Shown here: piece by piece, positions 60,076-64,000 of the stretch
How the letters are laid out: every line of letters starts with the position of its first letter
Position numbering within the stretch: the first letter of the stretch is position 1
Assembly (NCBI GenBank): GCA_025594325.1
Contig: JANHCV010000005.1
Span: 1,426,001 to 1,490,000, forward strand
Source of the DNA: Blastocladiella emersonii ATCC 22665
Taxonomy: Eukaryota > Fungi > Blastocladiomycota
Reading direction: 5' to 3'
DNA length: 64,000 nucleotides
Notes under the pieces: generated by a model
The model's database searches: none
Seen by the model: only the letters and a program-made list of their open reading frames with translations
What the model was told of the DNA's origin: nothing
Program-made: the position numbers and the translations under genes

Positions 60076-60308
60076 GCCCACCACGGCACGAAGGGCACGG
60101 GCACCTACTCGAAGGCGCACAGCGTGGTCCCGCGTCGGGCATGTCGCCGCCAACCGGCGCTACGACGTGGGACTGTAGGATCGGGAACCACACGGGTCAC
60201 TGCGCGACTCTCAAGTCACTAGCGGAGTGAGCCATCCATGGAGACCTCTACTTTTGGGTTCAACTGGCCAGACCCGTCGCACGACGCGCGTGTAAAACTC
60301 GCGGGACC

Positions 60309-60368
60309 GGTCGCACGACCTGTCGCACGACGGGTCCCACGTCGGGTCTCACGACGGGTCTCACGACT
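60309..60368. repeat. 12-bp minisatellite x5 (consensus GGTCKCACGACG)
   Basis: ggtcgcacgacc tgtcgcacgacg ggtcccacgtcg ggtctcacgacg ggtctcacgact; a further copy near 60276. Confidence 0.8.
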
Positions 60369-60516
60369 AGGTCCTGTAACCCGGCTGGCCCCGGCGGGTT
60401 CATCTGCACGTGCCACACGTGGGTGATAAAAGCCCGGTATATAGCAGCGGAATCGATAACCTACGGCGGCGGCCGCCCGCGGCCGCGCACCAGAGCCGCA
60501 CATGCGCACCGTACGT

Positions 60517-62575
60517 TCAGTACGACATGCCTGCGGTCTTGTTCCGCTTCTTCTTCTTCTTGGCATCGCCCGTGCCGCCCGCCGCGCTCGACGCCGCGGC
60601 TGTGGCCGCCGTCGCCGCCGCCGCCGCCGCCTGGGCAGCCTTGGCCGACTCGAGGAGCGCCGCGTATTGGCTGGGCTCGGTCGCCTTGAGCAGCACCGCG
60701 CGCACCACGCCCGCCAGGTAGACTCGGTCCGCGAGGCTCGCGTCCTTGATCGCGTCCAGGATCGCCACGTACGCGTGCCCGAGCTTGACGCCCGCCTCGT
60801 GGCTCACGTCCGTGTCGGCGCTCAGGTGCACCGTCTTGGACTGCTCGCCCGGCTGCTTGGCCTGCTTGGCGAGCACCTCGCGGAGGAGCTAGGGAGGAAG
60901 GAGCGTGCGTAAGTCGAGTCAGTTCCTGCAAGCGAGTGGACGGGTGGATGGGCCACGGTGCGGTGCGAGACGGTCAGCGGACGGCGGGTCAGCGGACGGC
61001 GGGTCGTCGCGACGCGCTGGCAGCCGCATCGGCGCATGCGCACCGCGACTGCGACCGCAGCCACGCCCGCGACCGCGAGGACGAGAAAAAGTCGACGAGG
61101 GGTAGCTGCGACGCGACACGAGGAGCAGCCGCAGCAACGGGGAACGAAGACGTACCAGAGTCGCGACCGCCGCCAGCAGCCGCCACAGTGGGCAGTCACC
61201 CGAGATCGGGACCGACTTGGTCGGATCGATGAGCAGGACGATCGTGCTCCCGGCCATATGGGTGGCTAATCAGCGCGCGCGTGCATCAGTCGGTAAGTGG
61301 ATCAGTCGGTCATGCGCGTTGCAGACGTCGCGCGGTGTCGTCGTGCGTCTGGACGCGGGCGCGCACGCGGACACGAGGGCGCGGGCACGGGCACATTGCA
61401 GGTGCGGCTCATCGATGATGGACGCGGGCGGGTCGAGTAGACGGAGGAAATATCGAGAGGGATGGAGGGGGGTAGGGAGGGAGGGAGGGAGGGAGGGCGA
61501 AGAAGAGAGAGAGGAACGAAACGCGTACCCCGCTTGCCCCCGCCTGTGCCGAACAGCAGGCGCTCCGTGAACTCGAGGACGGGGACCGAGGCGCAGATGG
61601 TTCTCGACTTGAGGCACGTCTTCTCGAGCAGGCGAGCGCGCAGGTCGGCCACGACATCGGGATCCGGGCTCGCGCGCGCGCGGCTGCTGGTCTCGCGCAC
61701 GGGCGGCTCCTCGCCCGCGTCGCCGCCGTGCGAGTCGGCGCCCTCGTCGACGTCCTCGTCGGCATCCTCCTCGTCGCCGTACTTGAACTGCAGCGAGTCG
61801 ATCTGCTCCTTGGCCAGGAACTTGGACATGGCCGAGGACTCGTCGTCGGGCCCGCCGACCAGCCACGCCGGCGGACCCACCACGGGCCCGCTCGCCGCCG
61901 AGGTACTGCTGGGCGGGCCGGCCGCCAGCTCCTTCTCGACCACCTGCACCGACTCGAACTCGTTGGCGAGCTCGTCCGCAAACTTGGGCCCCGGGTCCTC
62001 GTCGAGGCGCTCGCCCAGATCAGCGAGCCGGGCCTTGTCAAACTCGCCGGGGAGGAGCTCCACTGCACGGCCAGCGAAGTTCGTGGCCGTGTCGTTGATC
62101 AGGTTGAGCGTCGAGTCGCCGTATGCGACGTTCACGAAGGCGCCGCGGATCTTGGCGACCTGCGAGTGCGAGCGAACGCGTGCGCGAGCAAACGCGCGGA
62201 GCATGGGAGATCAGTCGAGGCGGTCAAGATCCGCGGCGGCTTCATGCACATACCTTATCGAGCTCCGCGTCCGAGTTGGCGAGCTGGAGGCGGACGAGTA
62301 GGGTCTTGATCTTGACGCGGTTGGCAAAGGGGTTCGAGCCGAGGAACGCGCCGCGCGCCTTGGCGTTCAGGTCCTGTTCGTGTTCGACAAGCAAGGACGT
62401 GTCAGTCGACCAACCACCACGCGGCGGGGTGATGTGGGCACGGGGGCGAGCGGAGGTGATGTGAGCAACGAACCTTATCCAGACGTGGCCATGGTGGGCG
62501 GTGGCGGAGACGAGGCGCGTCGGAGACCGGGTGCGCCGAGATCCGGGGCACGTTGACCACTGGACGAGCCGGCAT
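60517..62575 (-). CDS. Hypothetical multi-exon protein
   Basis: Exons with strong GC3 bias and canonical splice sites (MPARPVVNVPR...LDK|DLNAKARG...LDK|VAKIRGAFVNVAYGD...|LLREVLAKQ...KKKKKRNKTAGMSY*); no family recognised. Confidence 0.6.
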
Positions 62576-63086
62576 CGTCGTTGCCGCCGTCGTCGTCGGA
62601 ACCGCGGCTACCCGTCTCGAAGTCGTCGCGGGATCGGCGCTGCGGGACGACCGCGGCACCCGCGCGGCGTGGGCTGCTGCATGGTCGGGAGGGGCGGTTG
62701 CGGCATGTCGGGATCGCCGTACTGCGTCGACATGGTGGTGGTGGTGGGGATCGCCGTGCGCAGCAGGGCGGGTGCGGGGGGAGCGAGAGCGAGGGCGAGC
62801 GGCTGCTGCCGCCGCGCTTTTAACGGGTGGCCGGCGATCATCACCTGACCCCACGAGGCGCAACCAACGCGCAGCGCGTTCGCCTCGGCGCCCGCAGCGG
62901 CGCTCGCCCCCCTCTCCCTCTTCGCGGCGACCTCGGCTCTCTGTACCCTGCGCCTCCCGACCATCACCACCCCATGCAACATGACCGAGCGAACTAGATG
63001 CTCCTGCTGCGGCAAGGACTTTAGCGGCGGCCGACCCGGTGCTCCGCAGATCCAACCGCGAGTCGCGGTTGCCGCGCTCGTACTCG

Positions 63087-64000
63087 ATGCTCGGCTACCT
63101 CGCCGGCGACGAGGCCATTGACCACCTGGCCCAACTTGCCCCGTCCCCGCCGCCGCCGCCATCACCCCGCGCGCCCATCGTGTACCCCGACGAACCGCTA
63201 AAACGTCGCTCGCGCGCCCCGCCCTCTGGCCAACTCGACGGTCGGCTGCTGTACTCGCTCGACGCCCCCGACGGGCCTCCATGCCCCGAGGAGGGCCCGC
63301 CCGGTTCGGAGGAGGAGGACGAGAACGAGGACGACGACAAGGACGAGCGGATCGCGTTTGGCGGTCTCGGCTGGGACGGCAGCGACGAGGATGACGAGGA
63401 CGTGCCCCCGGACGTCGAGGAACGATTAGGTACGTCGTCGTCTTCGCCCGCAGAGTTCACGGAGTTGACTTGGCGGCGGAAACAACTCACACGACATACG
63501 AACACGAACGTGACTACGCTTATAGACGACTCGCTCCCCGGGCGGCACCCCGCCGACGACGAGATGGACGTGGACATTGACGCGGACCGCATACGTACGT
63601 TTGTCACGGGCCGCGACCACGAAGACCACTTGCTCACTGAGCGCCGCCGCTCTCGCGTGAATGCAGGTGCCGCGTGGGAGCAGGACCCGTCGGGCCTCGT
63701 CGAAGCAGAGCTCAGCCGTCCCCATCCACCTCATCGCGCTCCCGTCGAGCTGCCTCGGCGGATGCTGCTCGAGGTCGTCTACCCCATCACCAACTACGCG
63801 TCCTTCTACTACATGTACTGGTTTTGTGGGGCCAAGGTGCAGTCGAAGAGTGACGTCAAGACCGACCTGCAGTTCCTCAAGCGCGGGCCACACATTGGGC
63901 CGCTCACCGTGGCCGACCTGTGCTTCGATTCGCGCGACACGGCCGACGCGTTCCTCCGCTGCAACCACAACTACCACGAGTATGTCACCGAGAAGATCAC
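63087..64000 (+). CDS. Partial ORF, possibly the N-terminal region of a Plavaka-type transposase
   Basis: Open to the window end; acidic N-terminus; YPITNYASFYYMYWFCGAKVQSKS...TVADLCF has the P-x2-N-x6-M-x-W...KS spacing I recall from Plavaka-associated proteins. Confidence 0.4.
   Translation, partial: MLGYLAGDEAIDHLAQLAPSPPPPPSPRAPIVYPDEPLKRRSRAPPSGQLDGRLLYSLDAPDGPPCPEEGPPGSEEEDENEDDDKDERIAFGGLGWDGSDEDDEDVPPDVEERLGTSSSSPAEFTELTWRRKQLTRHTNTNVTTLIDDSLPGRHPADDEMDVDIDADRIRTFVTGRDHEDHLLTERRRSRVNAGAAWEQDPSGLVEAELSRPHPPHRAPVELPRRMLLEVVYPITNYASFYYMYWFCGAKVQSKSDVKTDLQFLKRGPHIGPLTVADLCFDSRDTADAFLRCNHNYHEYVTEKI

Noticed and set aside
3261-60368. 15-bp and 12-bp arrays, and the 18.7-24.4 kb repeats, as CRISPR-like arrays
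   Set aside because: No unique spacers between constant repeats; eukaryotic context; no cas genes.
1-64000. Selenoprotein (in-frame TGA), tRNA or rRNA genes
   Set aside because: No conserved ORF with an in-frame TGA in a redox motif, and no cloverleaf or rRNA-like segment recognised by eye; tRNAscan/Infernal were not run.

Overview
GC-rich eukaryotic DNA with short GT(A/G)CG(C/T)...CTRAC...YAG introns. It is fungal (fused type-I FAS, fungalysins, YPP1). A SAS-4/CPAP centriole gene points to a flagellated, zoosporic lineage, plausibly Blastocladiomycota (inference). Layout: the 5' part of DNA polymerase epsilon, then a roughly 28-kb accessory interval bracketed by two same-orientation M36 fungalysin genes that share an apparently identical 1.66-kb tract. 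That interval holds a WDR7 fragment, an orphan gene, two lower-GC F-box-like genes, a DUF4470-like gene, a decayed tandem triplication of an unidentified intron-containing gene, a broken single-chain FAS copy fused to a foreign exon, a POL3 exon and a tandem-forkhead gene. A compact core block follows: UAP56-binding-motif protein, MMS2, NOP9, myosin light chain, RRP45 head-to-head with MPP6, SAS-4, dolichyl-diphosphatase and YPP1/TTC7. The right end has an inverted YPP1-LOR duplication with reciprocal gene loss around a PIF/Harbinger transposon, a hypothetical gene and the start of a possible Plavaka-type transposase. No tRNA, rRNA or CRISPR array was seen. All homology calls come from motif recognition by eye; no searches were run.
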